A stretch of DNA of 57,662 bases from a virus (IMGVR_UViG_3300031364_000002:1-57662); one strand, 5' to 3'. Counted from the first letter of the stretch, positions 10,334 through 20,567 are shown. Program-made: numbers and translations. The notes: generated by a model not told the origin, from the letters alone.

Positions 10334-10533
10334 TTAATACACCCCCATAGTTTTTGGCTCCCATATTCTAAGTGACTCTTTTTTAGGTATTTGTGATATA
10401 CTTATAGCCTCTTGGGTCATTGGCACATCAAGCCCTTTCATAAAATCCTCCCAGGATAAGGGGCGCCAGTATTTATTCAAAGCACTCCACAACCGATCCT
10501 GATGAAAAGTTACGGAGCTGTTCCTTTTTTTTT
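10334..10533 (-). CDS. Tail assembly chaperone, -1 frameshift extension (GT-like)
   Basis: A9G slippery run at 10524-10533; the -1 frame stays open (RNSSVTFHQDRLWSALNKYWRP...GVY) to TAA at 10334, just before the tape measure start. Confidence 0.8.
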
Positions 10534-10986
10534 ATTTTGCCCTATACTGTCTTTCTCCAGGGAAATTCTGAGAAAAGATTCCAACTCTATAGACTCTATC
10601 TGTTTGTACCAAAAATCAGGTTCAAACTCATATTTATTGGAGGTAAGAATTTCCTTGAGAATTTCCTCCCGGACTTTTATCATTTCAGCTGTAATAGTTT
10701 GCATCTTTTCTCTGAGTTTAGTTTCCTTTTTATTTCCTTCAATCCTGATTCGGGCCTGAGCTACCTTGCTTTTGAAAGAAACATCCTCTTTTCCATCGGG
10801 GCCATCCATATACTCTGCACAAGCTACAATTACTTCATCCTGAACCTGTTGCATATCTGCCGGGACTGACTGAAGTTCCTGAGTTAAATTAATCAGTTTT
10901 GCATGTAGCTGCTGAACATAGTTACTCACAAATCCAATTGTGAACCGTTTACCATCAAAATCAAAAATTACTTCTTTTCCTGCCAT
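10510..10986 (-). CDS. Tail assembly chaperone (G-like)
   Basis: Start MAGKEV with GGGAGG RBS; lies between major tail and tape measure; ends in the slippery KKKG. Confidence 0.8.
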   Translation of the reverse strand: MAGKEVIFDFDGKRFTIGFVSNYVQQLHAKLINLTQELQSVPADMQQVQDEVIVACAEYMDGPDGKEDVSFKSKVAQARIRIEGNKKETKLREKMQTITAEMIKVREEILKEILTSNKYEFEPDFWYKQIESIELESFLRISLEKDSIGQNKKKGTAP

Positions 10987-11096
10987 TTTTAGTTTCCTCC
11001 CTAAAAAAATAGACCCCAGAATAATTACATTATCCACTATCCTCTCCTATCTCCGCTGGGGCCCACCCGAAGACAGAGAGGAGGGAGGACAAATTA

Positions 11097-11957
11097 TTAA
11101 GCGGCGTTGGAATCAACTCTCCAAGAGAAGAGCTGATCCTTATCAGTCCTGGTAGAATCCAAAATAGCCTCAAAAGTAAGGGGCATTTCTTCCACTCCGT
11201 CTTCATTGGCTCCCTTGAAATTGAACTGAAACCCTCCAGATGTTGGATTAACTGCATACAACTCAAGCTCTCTCACAAGCCCGTTGGAATCTGTATGAGT
11301 AATTTTGAGAGCATAGGCATTTAAAATTATTGTGGAGGATCCTCCAGTCATAGTGGTTCTTGCTACTGGGGTGTTGCTTCCAAAAACAACTTCAATATCA
11401 TAAGTTGTTGGGGATTCTGTACTCATATTAGCTGAGATAAAAGTTATTCCCCAGCCAGAGGGGGAACGGGAATCAGCTACCACTACATAATCTGTCCCTG
11501 CTGTAAGCGTTTCTGGAGTACCATCTGGATTAAGAGTGACACTTGTAAGTACAGGGGCCGATGAGGTTCTCACACTTCCGTTTGCTGTACTATTCATGGT
11601 AAGAGGATAAATAGCACCATCCTCCCATCCTGAACTTACAGTCAGATCCACAACATCAGAAATAGCACCCCCAGCAACATTAGTAATAGAAAACATTCCT
11701 CCAGACATTTTGTTGATACCTTCCGCCTGAAGGTTGATAAGAGTAAACCCACCTGACATTCTCATATTCCTAATTTGCTTGGATGTTTTTCCTGCATTTG
11801 CTGTTTCTACCTGATTTTCATCATATTCCAAAGTGTTGGTTACAGAGGAGTTAATTGCCCCGACATCGTACCAACTCCCCCCCGACTCATCCTGAACGGC
11901 CACCACAGCTCCATCAGGAAAGAAAATATAATCTGTTTTTGTAGTCTGAACAGGCAT
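11097..11957 (-). CDS. Major tail (tube) protein
   Basis: 286 aa, Thr/Ser/Gly-rich beta protein; GGAGG RBS; synteny. Confidence 0.8.
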   Translation of the reverse strand: MPVQTTKTDYIFFPDGAVVAVQDESGGSWYDVGAINSSVTNTLEYDENQVETANAGKTSKQIRNMRMSGGFTLINLQAEGINKMSGGMFSITNVAGGAISDVVDLTVSSGWEDGAIYPLTMNSTANGSVRTSSAPVLTSVTLNPDGTPETLTAGTDYVVVADSRSPSGWGITFISANMSTESPTTYDIEVVFGSNTPVARTTMTGGSSTIILNAYALKITHTDSNGLVRELELYAVNPTSGGFQFNFKGANEDGVEEMPLTFEAILDSTRTDKDQLFSWRVDSNAA

Positions 11958-11969
11958 TGTTCATACCTC

Positions 11970-12407
11970 CTATCTGCTTTTTATTGTCACCTCTACAGGT
12001 GCGTTGTAATTATCATCTCCACCAGGCGAAGGAGGAATAACAACCTGCTTGGAACAAGTCATAAACCCCTCTGACTCTCCCAATAAATTTCTATTTAAAC
12101 AATCAATCCCAGCATTCTGAATATTCTTGGCGTCCTCTTCCTCTGGGCCTCTGCAATTTATGGTAAATATCTGCTCCCCATATGAAAGGGTAAGATCCTC
12201 CGGCTCCAAAAGGTAAAAATTAATGGTTTTCATGGAGCTGGTTACTTCATACTCATTACTACTATCTGTAGCTATTGTGGAGGGAACCAAGGTAGAATTC
12301 CAAATAAAATAAAAATCTACCCCTCCTATAATAGCAGAATCTAATAATCCCTGGAGAGTTACATCAGTTCGCAAGGCAGTGTACAAAAGAACAGAAATCT
12401 CACTCAT
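11970..12407 (-). CDS. Tail terminator-like protein
   Basis: Synteny; LYTAL..D..L..L N-terminus; acidic. Confidence 0.65.
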   Translation of the reverse strand: MSEISVLLYTALRTDVTLQGLLDSAIIGGVDFYFIWNSTLVPSTIATDSSNEYEVTSSMKTINFYLLEPEDLTLSYGEQIFTINCRGPEEEDAKNIQNAGIDCLNRNLLGESEGFMTCSKQVVIPPSPGGDDNYNAPVEVTIKSR

Positions 12408-12853
12408 TTTGTATACCTTCTCTTCGGACCATTCTTAACTGCTTGCTTGATAAAATCCTGAACAATCGTAACAAGTTCTTGCTTTGTGGCTCCAGCTTTT
12501 CCTACAACCAAACCAGCTGGACGAATAGAAGGTTTTGGATCCATTTTCCTGGTTCCATACTCCAACCATACAGCTCTAGCCAAAGAGGATCCCACAAAAG
12601 CCTCATCTTTTGACGGATGCCTGCCCAAAGTTTCAGATGTAGTTTCCCCAGGGGAATCATTTATACCACCCCTTCTGGATGGGGTTTCCCACTGAATGGA
12701 ATTCCTGAATTGTCCTGTTTTAACTGGAGCTAATAATTTTGCCTGAGTAGCAGTAAGCATTCCTACTGCTATATTTCCATTCCCTATGGAATTCTTAGCT
12801 CCTTTGATAGGATCCCCATAGGTTATTAACTCAGACTTTTTCCCAGAACTCAT
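12404..12853 (-). CDS. HK97 gp10-like tail completion protein
   Basis: AKLLAPVKTGQFRNSI and LEYGTRKM.PKP.IRPA motifs. Confidence 0.85.
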   Translation of the reverse strand: MSSGKKSELITYGDPIKGAKNSIGNGNIAVGMLTATQAKLLAPVKTGQFRNSIQWETPSRRGGINDSPGETTSETLGRHPSKDEAFVGSSLARAVWLEYGTRKMDPKPSIRPAGLVVGKAGATKQELVTIVQDFIKQAVKNGPKRRYTK

Positions 12854-13188
12854 GTTTTTTTCCTCACGAAAACCTGAAGTACTTCCCCCTGATAGGCAAT
12901 ATCATCTGAAAAAACAACAATATAATCTGAATCAGAAATATGAATCCTGTCCTTTTCTGCTACATCTAAACCAGGATCCATAATCAAAATACCGTTCAAG
13001 GTTGTTTCAAATCTATCCTCAATAATCTTTTCCGCATGAGAATTACGATACAGGAAAGTTTTTCCCCCGGTAACCACCCCTACCTCAGTCTTAGTTGTTT
13101 TCCCAGTAGATGGATCAGTGACATTTTTTTCCCGAAATGAGTTAAAAGTTAAATTCATCTCAACGGAAAAATAATCAAGTATACTCAT
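12850..13188 (-). CDS. Head closure / stopper protein
   Basis: Size, synteny, DRI..Y.V pattern. Confidence 0.65.
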   Translation of the reverse strand: MSILDYFSVEMNLTFNSFREKNVTDPSTGKTTKTEVGVVTGGKTFLYRNSHAEKIIEDRFETTLNGILIMDPGLDVAEKDRIHISDSDYIVVFSDDIAYQGEVLQVFVRKKT

Positions 13189-13541
13189 AACAAACCCAGC
13201 AATCCATAAGTACCAGACACATAAGGTAGCGGTTGGCGACTCTTCATCAACTCTGTCAAAAATCTTCCGTAAGAGGTAGCCAATAAATTCTCCTGACCAC
13301 CACCAGCTGTATATTGAAGTGTAATGGGCCCTATACGTTTAGCACTAATATTTCCAGGGGCCCCGTTCTGGCGAGAAAAAAGAGTCATCATATGAGCTGC
13401 ACGATAAGCTACAGCAAGATCATAATTGGATCCGAAAAAGGAAGCACTTGTCTGCTGCTGAGCCAATATAATTACATCAGCTTTGCTGGAATCTTCAGAG
13501 AATTGAGGGGCAATTGTATCAAGGATAGATGAGGCACTCAT
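13185..13541 (-). CDS. Head-tail adaptor (DUF4054-like)
   Basis: AAH.., G.ISAK..G.I...Y and TSYGRF motifs. Confidence 0.8.
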   Translation of the reverse strand: MSASSILDTIAPQFSEDSSKADVIILAQQQTSASFFGSNYDLAVAYRAAHMMTLFSRQNGAPGNISAKRIGPITLQYTAGGGQENLLATSYGRFLTELMKSRQPLPYVSGTYGLLGLL

Positions 13542-13546
13542 TTACT

Positions 13547-13987
13547 TTATCCTACCTTCTTTCCTGCCTTCCCATAATTTTCCACGGCCTCAATTTGATT
13601 CATAAGAGCCAGCCGGATAGAATCACGAGACTCCCGTTTTTTCCAGGAAAGCAGAGTTTCCATATTGTAAGTTTTTTTTACAATATCCTCAGAATCTCTA
13701 AGGCTCATCTCCCGAAAGTTTTTTACTTTCTTTATCCGAGTACGATAAACAGAATATTTTTTCCCTTTCTCATTCTCCCACTCTTCTGAATACTCTTCAA
13801 TCTCAGGAGATCCATGTTCAATTACCACTCCCAGCTCAATCTTATCTTTTACAAGATCCCGGGAATTGCTCCAATCCCCAGCTGGAACTTCATTATTTCC
13901 TGGAATGAGATGGATGTTTTTCACCACTACATTCCTGACCACCATAGGAACTATCAAAAGTCCCACTTTTGTATTCTCAACAATCAT
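13547..13987 (-). CDS. Hypothetical head-associated protein
   Basis: LIPGNNEV motif; follows the capsid gene. Confidence 0.6.
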   Translation of the reverse strand: MIVENTKVGLLIVPMVVRNVVVKNIHLIPGNNEVPAGDWSNSRDLVKDKIELGVVIEHGSPEIEEYSEEWENEKGKKYSVYRTRIKKVKNFREMSLRDSEDIVKKTYNMETLLSWKKRESRDSIRLALMNQIEAVENYGKAGKKVG

Positions 13988-14027
13988 TTATTTCCTTCCT
14001 TCCTTCCTGTTTTGATTGTTTCAGGGA

Positions 14028-14957
14028 TTAAATCCCATCCCCATAAGCCACAGCTGTGGGGTAATATACAATAACACCAGCACATTCAGAATGGCATGGC
14101 ACTACATACTCCATACCGTCCTTATCTGCCTCAAACTGCTCAAACGGCTGAGGAATTTCAAGGGTCAGATGATCCGGATCCCGGGTATAGGCCATAAATC
14201 TATCAGTAGATGAGGCTCCAGCTTCATCAAGTTCATTTACCCAATCTACACTCACTCCTGGGTTGTTATCCAGGAAAAACTTGAGAATGGTACTGGAATC
14301 TCCATCTGTCATCCGAGTAGTTTTTATGAGCCGATATTGAGCTATGGGGAGTATGATCTGATTGGGCTCTTCCCTTCCATTGGTAGCCTCAGAAACTGCT
14401 GATATAATACCAGCCATATCGGCAATAATTTCATCAGGAGTCTTTGTCACCCAAGTTTTAGTGGAAGCAGCCCCTGCCGGAACTGTGTACTCTGTAATTC
14501 CTGGATAGTCAATTAGACCCTGGATGTTATAATCAGAATCCCCATCCCAAGCAAGTCCATCAACTTTCTCATCATTGGCTCTCTTAGCCGTGTTAGCTCT
14601 CCGCTGCTCAAGGGAAAGACCAGCCATAGCTGCCCGCCGAATTTCCGGTATGGAGTACCCATAAGACACCCCAATCCCAAAAACTTTCACGGTCTCTTCA
14701 GTACCGTAAATATCAACACGGGGAAAATCCTTGGCATAATCAGCAATAATTTTTGCTGTACCTATCTGGGAAAAACTCCTGTAGACAATATTGACCGCTC
14801 CGGAAGGAGCTTCAGTGCTCACCGGAATAAGGGTCACCGCTTTGAGGTTTTTGTATTTAGTATCATAAGTCCTGGTCTTTACATACTCAACCTGCCTCTG
14901 GAAAAAGGCACTTTCTTTTGAATCCAACCTCATGGATCCTTCCGCAATTGAAGCCAT
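14028..14957 (-). CDS. Major capsid protein (DUF2184-like, HK97 fold)
   Basis: AWDGDS...GL, W..KTPDEI..D and C...CAGV..Y.P.A....GI motifs. Confidence 0.92.
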   Translation of the reverse strand: MASIAEGSMRLDSKESAFFQRQVEYVKTRTYDTKYKNLKAVTLIPVSTEAPSGAVNIVYRSFSQIGTAKIIADYAKDFPRVDIYGTEETVKVFGIGVSYGYSIPEIRRAAMAGLSLEQRRANTAKRANDEKVDGLAWDGDSDYNIQGLIDYPGITEYTVPAGAASTKTWVTKTPDEIIADMAGIISAVSEATNGREEPNQIILPIAQYRLIKTTRMTDGDSSTILKFFLDNNPGVSVDWVNELDEAGASSTDRFMAYTRDPDHLTLEIPQPFEQFEADKDGMEYVVPCHSECAGVIVYYPTAVAYGDGI

Positions 14958-14971
14958 ATCTCACTCCTTTC

Positions 14972-15700
14972 CTAATCGCTCTGACCGGCAACAGTCATCC
15001 GAACAATACCAGCAGCGCTTATATCCCCACGAAATCTAGCAGAAGTTGTGAACCCACTGTCCCCAAACTGCCCTATATAAGTACCAGAGGTAAGCACATA
15101 AGCTGGGGTGTTGGATTCAACAGCTTCCCCAGCAGAGCCATAAACTCCACCATCAACAATTACATTGGCACATTCCTGATACTTGTACATAGCATTTTCA
15201 GCATATTCTTTTTGAGTAAACAGGGTAACCCCTACAAAAGTAAGCTCATTACTGTAATCATAAGTAACAGCTACTGTCGCCTGGGATTCGCCTCCTGTGA
15301 CCGCTGCGGAAGCGGCTATTGTAGCACCTTTGGTCACAACAAAAATAGTACGATTAGTTGTATCGGTCGTATCCAACTCTGCTGAATATCCCGCTGCTAC
15401 TAAAGCAGCTATGATCAAATTCATAGTAGTTAGGTGATTGGTATCAAAAACTACTGCATCCAGAGCCGTTCCCTGAATAGTAACCACTGTAGAATTCAAT
15501 GTAATAAGATCTGCTGAAAACACCAGTTTAGCTCTGTCGTTGTGGAATTTGTAGATGGTTTTATCATCCCCATCGTATCCAAACACAGGCCTTCCAAATT
15601 CTATGCCATTAGCCTCTCCAACAACCCAACTTTCAACCTCAGACTTGAGCCCATGTTTCAAACCGGCAATTGCCACATCTATAGTATCATAAGCACCCAT
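14972..15700 (-). CDS. Head decoration / cement protein
   Basis: AIAG...IEFGRPV motif; between protease and capsid; start MGAYDT after GGAG. Confidence 0.7.
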   Translation of the reverse strand: MGAYDTIDVAIAGLKHGLKSEVESWVVGEANGIEFGRPVFGYDGDDKTIYKFHNDRAKLVFSADLITLNSTVVTIQGTALDAVVFDTNHLTTMNLIIAALVAAGYSAELDTTDTTNRTIFVVTKGATIAASAAVTGGESQATVAVTYDYSNELTFVGVTLFTQKEYAENAMYKYQECANVIVDGGVYGSAGEAVESNTPAYVLTSGTYIGQFGDSGFTTSARFRGDISAAGIVRMTVAGQSD

Positions 15701-15704
15701 ATTT

Positions 15705-17276
15705 TTACTCCTTATCCCTTTTCCAGGCATCAGCCATATCATTAGCCATATTCTGCCTGGCTTTTGCTGAGCTTACCTGATTTTTATCTTCCAGAGGAGG
15801 ATCAAATGAATCCTTTCTCTGCTGGGCCTGGGCCTCTCCTCTTTCCTGAAGGAATTCCACAGCTCCATCAAATCGAGCATTTAAATACTCTGCCGAACCA
15901 CCATCAAGTTTGGCCTGATCAGATTTTGGAAATGCCTTGAGAATTATAGTTTTCTTAAGCTCATCCCCTTCCATCCCATCCTTGACCTCCACTTCCGCTA
16001 ATTTCGCAGAGGCCAAAAGATCAAGTCTGTCCTGAACCCTCTTGTCAATCTCATCCTCTGTAAACTTTTTCCCTTCCAGGTCTTTGAGAGATTCATTGGC
16101 AGTATCCAGCTTTCCAGCCAGTGTGTCTTTTTCGGCTGAAAGGGAGTTTTTATCTGCCTTCAGAGTTTCAATCTCACCGGCCTGGTCTTCTACCTGCTTG
16201 TTGAGGGTATGAATTTGACGGGCAATATCTTTGTCCACCTCATACTCCACCCCATCAATAATAATTTTAGCCATAACAACATTCTCCCTGTTATTATTCT
16301 CATCAACAACGGCAACGCCGTCAAAACGATGATCCAATTTAAATCGGGCATCATCCCCAGCCCGTCCCTTATCCACAATAGCTACATGATTATAGCGAAT
16401 ATCCCGTTGAATAGCATCATAAACCGATCCACACCAAGTCCCAGAGCTGAATTCAATCTTAGCCCTATATCCACAAGAAATTCCCCGCTTTCCTCCCTGA
16501 ACCTCCCCAATAGCTTCTCCATCAGTAATAGTTACAGGGCCAGAAAGATGATATTGATCTTGGAGGATAGAATCCCCAACAAAACCTACCTGATACTTTT
16601 TTACATTATCCACAGTCACAGCTTCTTTTGGATGATTATTGGTAAGAGGCAGCATCTTAAGAGATTCAATAGAATCATAGGAAAAAACTTCCTCTGGGGG
16701 GCGTAGTTCCCGACGGGTGGAACCATCCTCCAAAATATAGACAAAAACTCCTACATTGGTAAGAATGGCCCGCCCCTTCATTAGCCCGTCTTCAGTTACC
16801 TTCATCGGCTGGGACATATAATTTTCCTCATCAGGAAAAGGAAGATAATCAACCCGAGAAACTCTATCCTCTATTCCATCCATACTCTTTTTCTTCTTGG
16901 TGGGGCAAGAATCAGGATCTCCATCATCTTCATCAAGCCCTAATTTTTTATTGATTGCTACCAAAAGAGCATCAGCCGCTTCCATAATGGAATTCTCTTC
17001 CTGCTGGGCTGCTCTGGATTTAATAGCAATTACTCCCCGCCGGTAAATTTCCCCATCCTTTCCAAACGGATATTTGTACCGGACTTTTGTTTCCTCCTCA
17101 GCTTCCGTATCTTCTGCCAGAAAATACTTGCCATAATTCTCCCAATTGTCCCCGTTTTTACCCAAGAGTTTATTCCCATCTGCTGCCGTAAATTTCCAAG
17201 CTCCATCAGTATTGATCTTCCCGGAGGAAATTAAACTGGTAGCAAACTTCTTAGAAGCAGATCGTACTTTTAACAT
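15705..17276 (-). CDS. Prohead protease-scaffold (DUF2213-like) with extra N-terminal domain
   Basis: ELRPPEEVF, LTNNHP, ISCGY, NHVAIVDKGRAG motifs; coiled-coil C-terminus. Confidence 0.9.
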   Translation of the reverse strand: MLKVRSASKKFATSLISSGKINTDGAWKFTAADGNKLLGKNGDNWENYGKYFLAEDTEAEEETKVRYKYPFGKDGEIYRRGVIAIKSRAAQQEENSIMEAADALLVAINKKLGLDEDDGDPDSCPTKKKKSMDGIEDRVSRVDYLPFPDEENYMSQPMKVTEDGLMKGRAILTNVGVFVYILEDGSTRRELRPPEEVFSYDSIESLKMLPLTNNHPKEAVTVDNVKKYQVGFVGDSILQDQYHLSGPVTITDGEAIGEVQGGKRGISCGYRAKIEFSSGTWCGSVYDAIQRDIRYNHVAIVDKGRAGDDARFKLDHRFDGVAVVDENNNRENVVMAKIIIDGVEYEVDKDIARQIHTLNKQVEDQAGEIETLKADKNSLSAEKDTLAGKLDTANESLKDLEGKKFTEDEIDKRVQDRLDLLASAKLAEVEVKDGMEGDELKKTIILKAFPKSDQAKLDGGSAEYLNARFDGAVEFLQERGEAQAQQRKDSFDPPLEDKNQVSSAKARQNMANDMADAWKRDKE

Positions 17277-17300
17277 ATTCTTTCAACCTCTTATCCCAAT

Positions 17301-17333
17301 AAAAAAGGCGGCCAGATTTATACCTGGTCGCCT
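17301..17333 (-). terminator. Terminator-like hairpin in the head-operon leader
   Basis: AGGCGACCAG-loop-CTGGCCGCCT followed by a U run on the minus strand. Confidence 0.65.
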
Positions 17334-17380
17334 CCGTGTCTCGGTTGGCAATTGTTTCTGATTTCACGTCTTTTGTATAT

Positions 17381-17409
17381 AATATAGTACCAACTCAAAA
17401 AAAAGTCTA
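17381..17409 (-). promoter_or_regulatory. Putative promoter for the head operon
   Basis: TAGACT-N17-TATATT on the minus strand; same -35 hexamer as 27545-27573. Confidence 0.5.
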
Positions 17410-17461
17410 GTACCAAAATAAATTGAGCTTTATAGCGTCCTCCTACCCAATCTTTTTTCCT

Positions 17462-17626
17462 CCAAAGGTATAGTTTTACCACCCATATCTAGTGGTGTCT
17501 TAAATCACCGTTATTTGGCTCAGTAAATCCTTATATAGTAGGTAGATAGGTACTACGTACCTATTACTACACTGTATATAGAGGGGAGTACACTATATAT
17601 AGTGGTTTATGGTGGAAAAATAATGG
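17462..17626 (-). repeat. Repeat A, copy 1 (165 bp, inverted relative to 43761-43925)
   Basis: Manual alignment: 3 mismatches in 165 bp; non-coding; several internal palindromes. Confidence 0.95.
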
Positions 17627-17652
17627 GTTTTCAATAGTAGTTATTCATTTTT

Positions 17653-17829
17653 CTATCCCATCCGCATCTCTTTTCCCTCAGCTCCCGGTTTGAGGGGAAA
17701 ATGTTTCCTCTTTTCTGACACTACTGCTACCCGGTTCGTATTCTCATTAAGCTCTATAGTCACTCGCCCAAACTGGATATGCTCAGCTTCCTCTTGGATG
17801 TATTTCATCAGATTGTCATTTATTTTCAT
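17653..17829 (-). CDS. Small hypothetical protein (58 aa)
   Basis: MKINDNLMKYIQEEAEHIQFGRVTIEL...; GGAAGGGG upstream; below the ORF-track cutoff. Confidence 0.6.
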   Translation of the reverse strand: MKINDNLMKYIQEEAEHIQFGRVTIELNENTNRVAVVSEKRKHFPLKPGAEGKEMRMG

Positions 17830-17844
17830 AGCAGTACCCCTTCC

Positions 17845-18942
17845 TTATTCCACCCATCTACCATATTTATTTTGTTTCATCCCATGATCCTTAGCCCACT
17901 CAGGGAAACTCTTATACTCAAATATCTCATATTTACCAGTTGATGGATTTTTCCCCCTCCTCACTGAGGGTTCAATACCAGAAACTTTTTCCCCTACACT
18001 ACACCGGCAATTAACATTCTGAGCAGCAGAACTAAACCCCCCAGGCCACATTGCTTCCTCCCCGTCCGGAGCAGTGAAAGGTTCATCAATTCCCCGTTCC
18101 TGTCCATCAAGTCCCTGATGCTCTGACCGAGTATTTGTATCGAGAGTAGATATCCAAAATCGAATGATATCTACTCCCTGATTGGAAGCCCATTTTTCCG
18201 CCGAATAATTCCCGGCGTTTAGGTTCCTGGTTCCCTCCGTCCGGACAATATTCATAGCAGATGCCTTGGCCCCAGAATAATGAGTAACTCCGTCAACAGT
18301 TGCTTGGGATCCAATTACTTTTTTAATATCCTTGGCTATTTTTGTATAACTCTCTCCCCGCTGAAATCCAGAGGAAAGAATTTGCCTTATTTTCTGAAGT
18401 TCCAACTGGCGGTTATTAACCAATAAATCTGTCAGGGTTCCGTTTTTAGGAGTATAAGCCCTCAAACTTCCCCATGTTTTTTGTATTTTCTCCCTGGCAG
18501 ACTTAGATATTTCTGTCCAAACATCCTCTGTCCCATAAACACTCCATTCCATCAGCCAGGGATTCATAATGGAATAGGAAAGTTTTACCGGTAAATCGTC
18601 AGCCAGCCAGGTAAAGGTATATTGTTGTCTATAAAAATTATTAGAGTTAGCCAGCTTCTGTGATTCCTGAAGGAGATATCCAGCCTTCAACGAATATCCA
18701 GTATAAGCCGCTTCAATCTGCCTTTGTAATTTATTAAGCCGATCAAACTCAATCATTACATTGTAATAATCTGCTGGATCTGTTGTACTCAAATATTTTT
18801 TATACACCTTTTGTAACTGAGCAGATATATCCTTGTAGGCATTATCATATTCTTTCATCATATCTTTGGCCAATTTATTCATCTCTGCTTCAGTAAGTTT
18901 GTATCCTTCTGAGGTAAAATCATCCCAGTTTTTTATAGACAT
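17845..18942 (-). CDS. Minor head protein (MuF / SPP1 gp7-like)
   Basis: IVRTE, W.STLD.NTR.EH..LDG and NCRC motifs. Confidence 0.9.
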   Translation of the reverse strand: MSIKNWDDFTSEGYKLTEAEMNKLAKDMMKEYDNAYKDISAQLQKVYKKYLSTTDPADYYNVMIEFDRLNKLQRQIEAAYTGYSLKAGYLLQESQKLANSNNFYRQQYTFTWLADDLPVKLSYSIMNPWLMEWSVYGTEDVWTEISKSAREKIQKTWGSLRAYTPKNGTLTDLLVNNRQLELQKIRQILSSGFQRGESYTKIAKDIKKVIGSQATVDGVTHYSGAKASAMNIVRTEGTRNLNAGNYSAEKWASNQGVDIIRFWISTLDTNTRSEHQGLDGQERGIDEPFTAPDGEEAMWPGGFSSAAQNVNCRCSVGEKVSGIEPSVRRGKNPSTGKYEIFEYKSFPEWAKDHGMKQNKYGRWVE

Positions 18943-20495
18943 TATTTTAACCTGTCAAGTGTACCGGAATCTTTTTCCGGTATACCCACCCGCTCCCTTT
19001 GATACTCTTTTCTCCCCTCCATCTCAGACTTGAATGAGTCAGTAGTTCCAGCCAACCCCATTTTTCTGAGGAGGTTAAAAGCAGCTTTGGGGGAGAGTTT
19101 TCCCTCATCAAGAGCAAGTTGAATATCATCAAGTGCATCAACTGTTTGCTTTACTACCTGGATGGAATTCTCTGCTCCCTCTCCCTCAATCTCCGTCTCA
19201 ATATTATACCCACTCTCAAACCGACTCTGCCGAACCTCCTGGGGAGCGTATACCCCATATTTCATATAAATTTCATCGGTCTTGGCCTGGGTCTGTCGAT
19301 TGTCTACAATCTCTTTTTGAGTAGGCTCTTTTAGGGGATTAAAAGTGAAAGTCACCTCATTCTCGCTTCCCCCCTGGGGCTGGGCAATCAAATCTATAAG
19401 AGTCTGCAAGCAGGGGCGCAGCTGAGTCTCCTGTTTCACATGCACTTTACTATAATAATTTTCTAAATCTGAATCTCCCGTAGCATTCATTCCCGCTGGA
19501 CTTCTACCAAACAACCTAGTAACTGGAATTTCAGCTACAGCTGATAAAAACATCATAAACCGATCAATAAGATCAGAGAGCCCAGCCACTGACACCGAGT
19601 TCCTTCCGAACTCCTCCCCATCAGCCAGAAATACAGCATTAATCAAACTTTTACTGGCAGCCATAATATCCATTCTCTGATAAATAGCCTTCTCATTATT
19701 ATTGGCCAATAGCTCAAGTAAATTTTTAAGTTTATAGACTGCCACTGCAAACTCAAGAGTCAGCTGAGTTACTCCCTGTTCCATTGCTCCAAAATTACTG
19801 AGCCTCTCATACACAGGCTGAAGGGCAGAAATCCCCCAATAGCGATAAGTAAAAGAAAGAGCTGTCCCTTCCACATCTGGAATCCATTCTCCCATTATTT
19901 TCAAACATCGAGAAGTGTGAACTCTTAAATAACCACCTCTGAGTTTTCTGATTCGGTATACCTCTATATCTTCAAAATATGGACTGGAGGGATCCTCATT
20001 AAGATCAGAAACATCGGTCTCAATTCTACTGGCAGGATATACCTTTAATCCTGTAACCCCACGAATATTTTTTCCCAACGGTTTTTCCAAATCCTTTACC
20101 CCATCATCAACTAGCATCAAAATTAAACAACCACGATACAACCTGGACATAGACAAAGCCTTATTGAAAACAGATTGAGCCTTCAGATATTGGAGCTGTT
20201 TTTTTACATATTCATCAGCGTCATCATTAATGGTTATCCACATACGTGTCATATCTTCCGGAAAAGAATTCACAATCTTCCTCCCAAGCCCCTCCCCAAT
20301 ATAAAGACTACTCAGCTCCTGATCACTCATAAATTTATATGTACCCCAATGAGTATCTTCAGTAGCATCCCCCCGGGAACCAATGCCTTTAAGTAGATTC
20401 CTCCATCCATCCATTCTCTCTTCAGGATTTCGTATCATCAGAACGCTCCTTCCTCTTTGACCAGTAAAAATTACATTTTCGACATTCATACACAT
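18942..20495 (-). CDS. Portal protein (DUF1073-like)
   Basis: IPVTRLFGRSPAGMNATGDSDLENYY motif; follows TerL; true start may be slightly downstream. Confidence 0.9.
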   Translation of the reverse strand: MCMNVENVIFTGQRGRSVLMIRNPEERMDGWRNLLKGIGSRGDATEDTHWGTYKFMSDQELSSLYIGEGLGRKIVNSFPEDMTRMWITINDDADEYVKKQLQYLKAQSVFNKALSMSRLYRGCLILMLVDDGVKDLEKPLGKNIRGVTGLKVYPASRIETDVSDLNEDPSSPYFEDIEVYRIRKLRGGYLRVHTSRCLKIMGEWIPDVEGTALSFTYRYWGISALQPVYERLSNFGAMEQGVTQLTLEFAVAVYKLKNLLELLANNNEKAIYQRMDIMAASKSLINAVFLADGEEFGRNSVSVAGLSDLIDRFMMFLSAVAEIPVTRLFGRSPAGMNATGDSDLENYYSKVHVKQETQLRPCLQTLIDLIAQPQGGSENEVTFTFNPLKEPTQKEIVDNRQTQAKTDEIYMKYGVYAPQEVRQSRFESGYNIETEIEGEGAENSIQVVKQTVDALDDIQLALDEGKLSPKAAFNLLRKMGLAGTTDSFKSEMEGRKEYQRERVGIPEKDSGTLDRLK

Positions 20496-20567
20496 TATTC
20501 TTATGAATGCATTGGGAACACTCCCCCTCTTTAATTCTAACTATTTTTGTATCATCCTTTTTCATAA

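Noticed and set aside
11038-11096. HDV-like ribozyme after the major tail gene
   Set aside because: Only an imperfect GC-rich hairpin; the nested double pseudoknot could not be built.
18942-20495. Anti-CBASS (Acb1) function for the DUF1073 protein
   Set aside because: Position after TerL and its motifs indicate portal; no HxT phosphoesterase domain seen.
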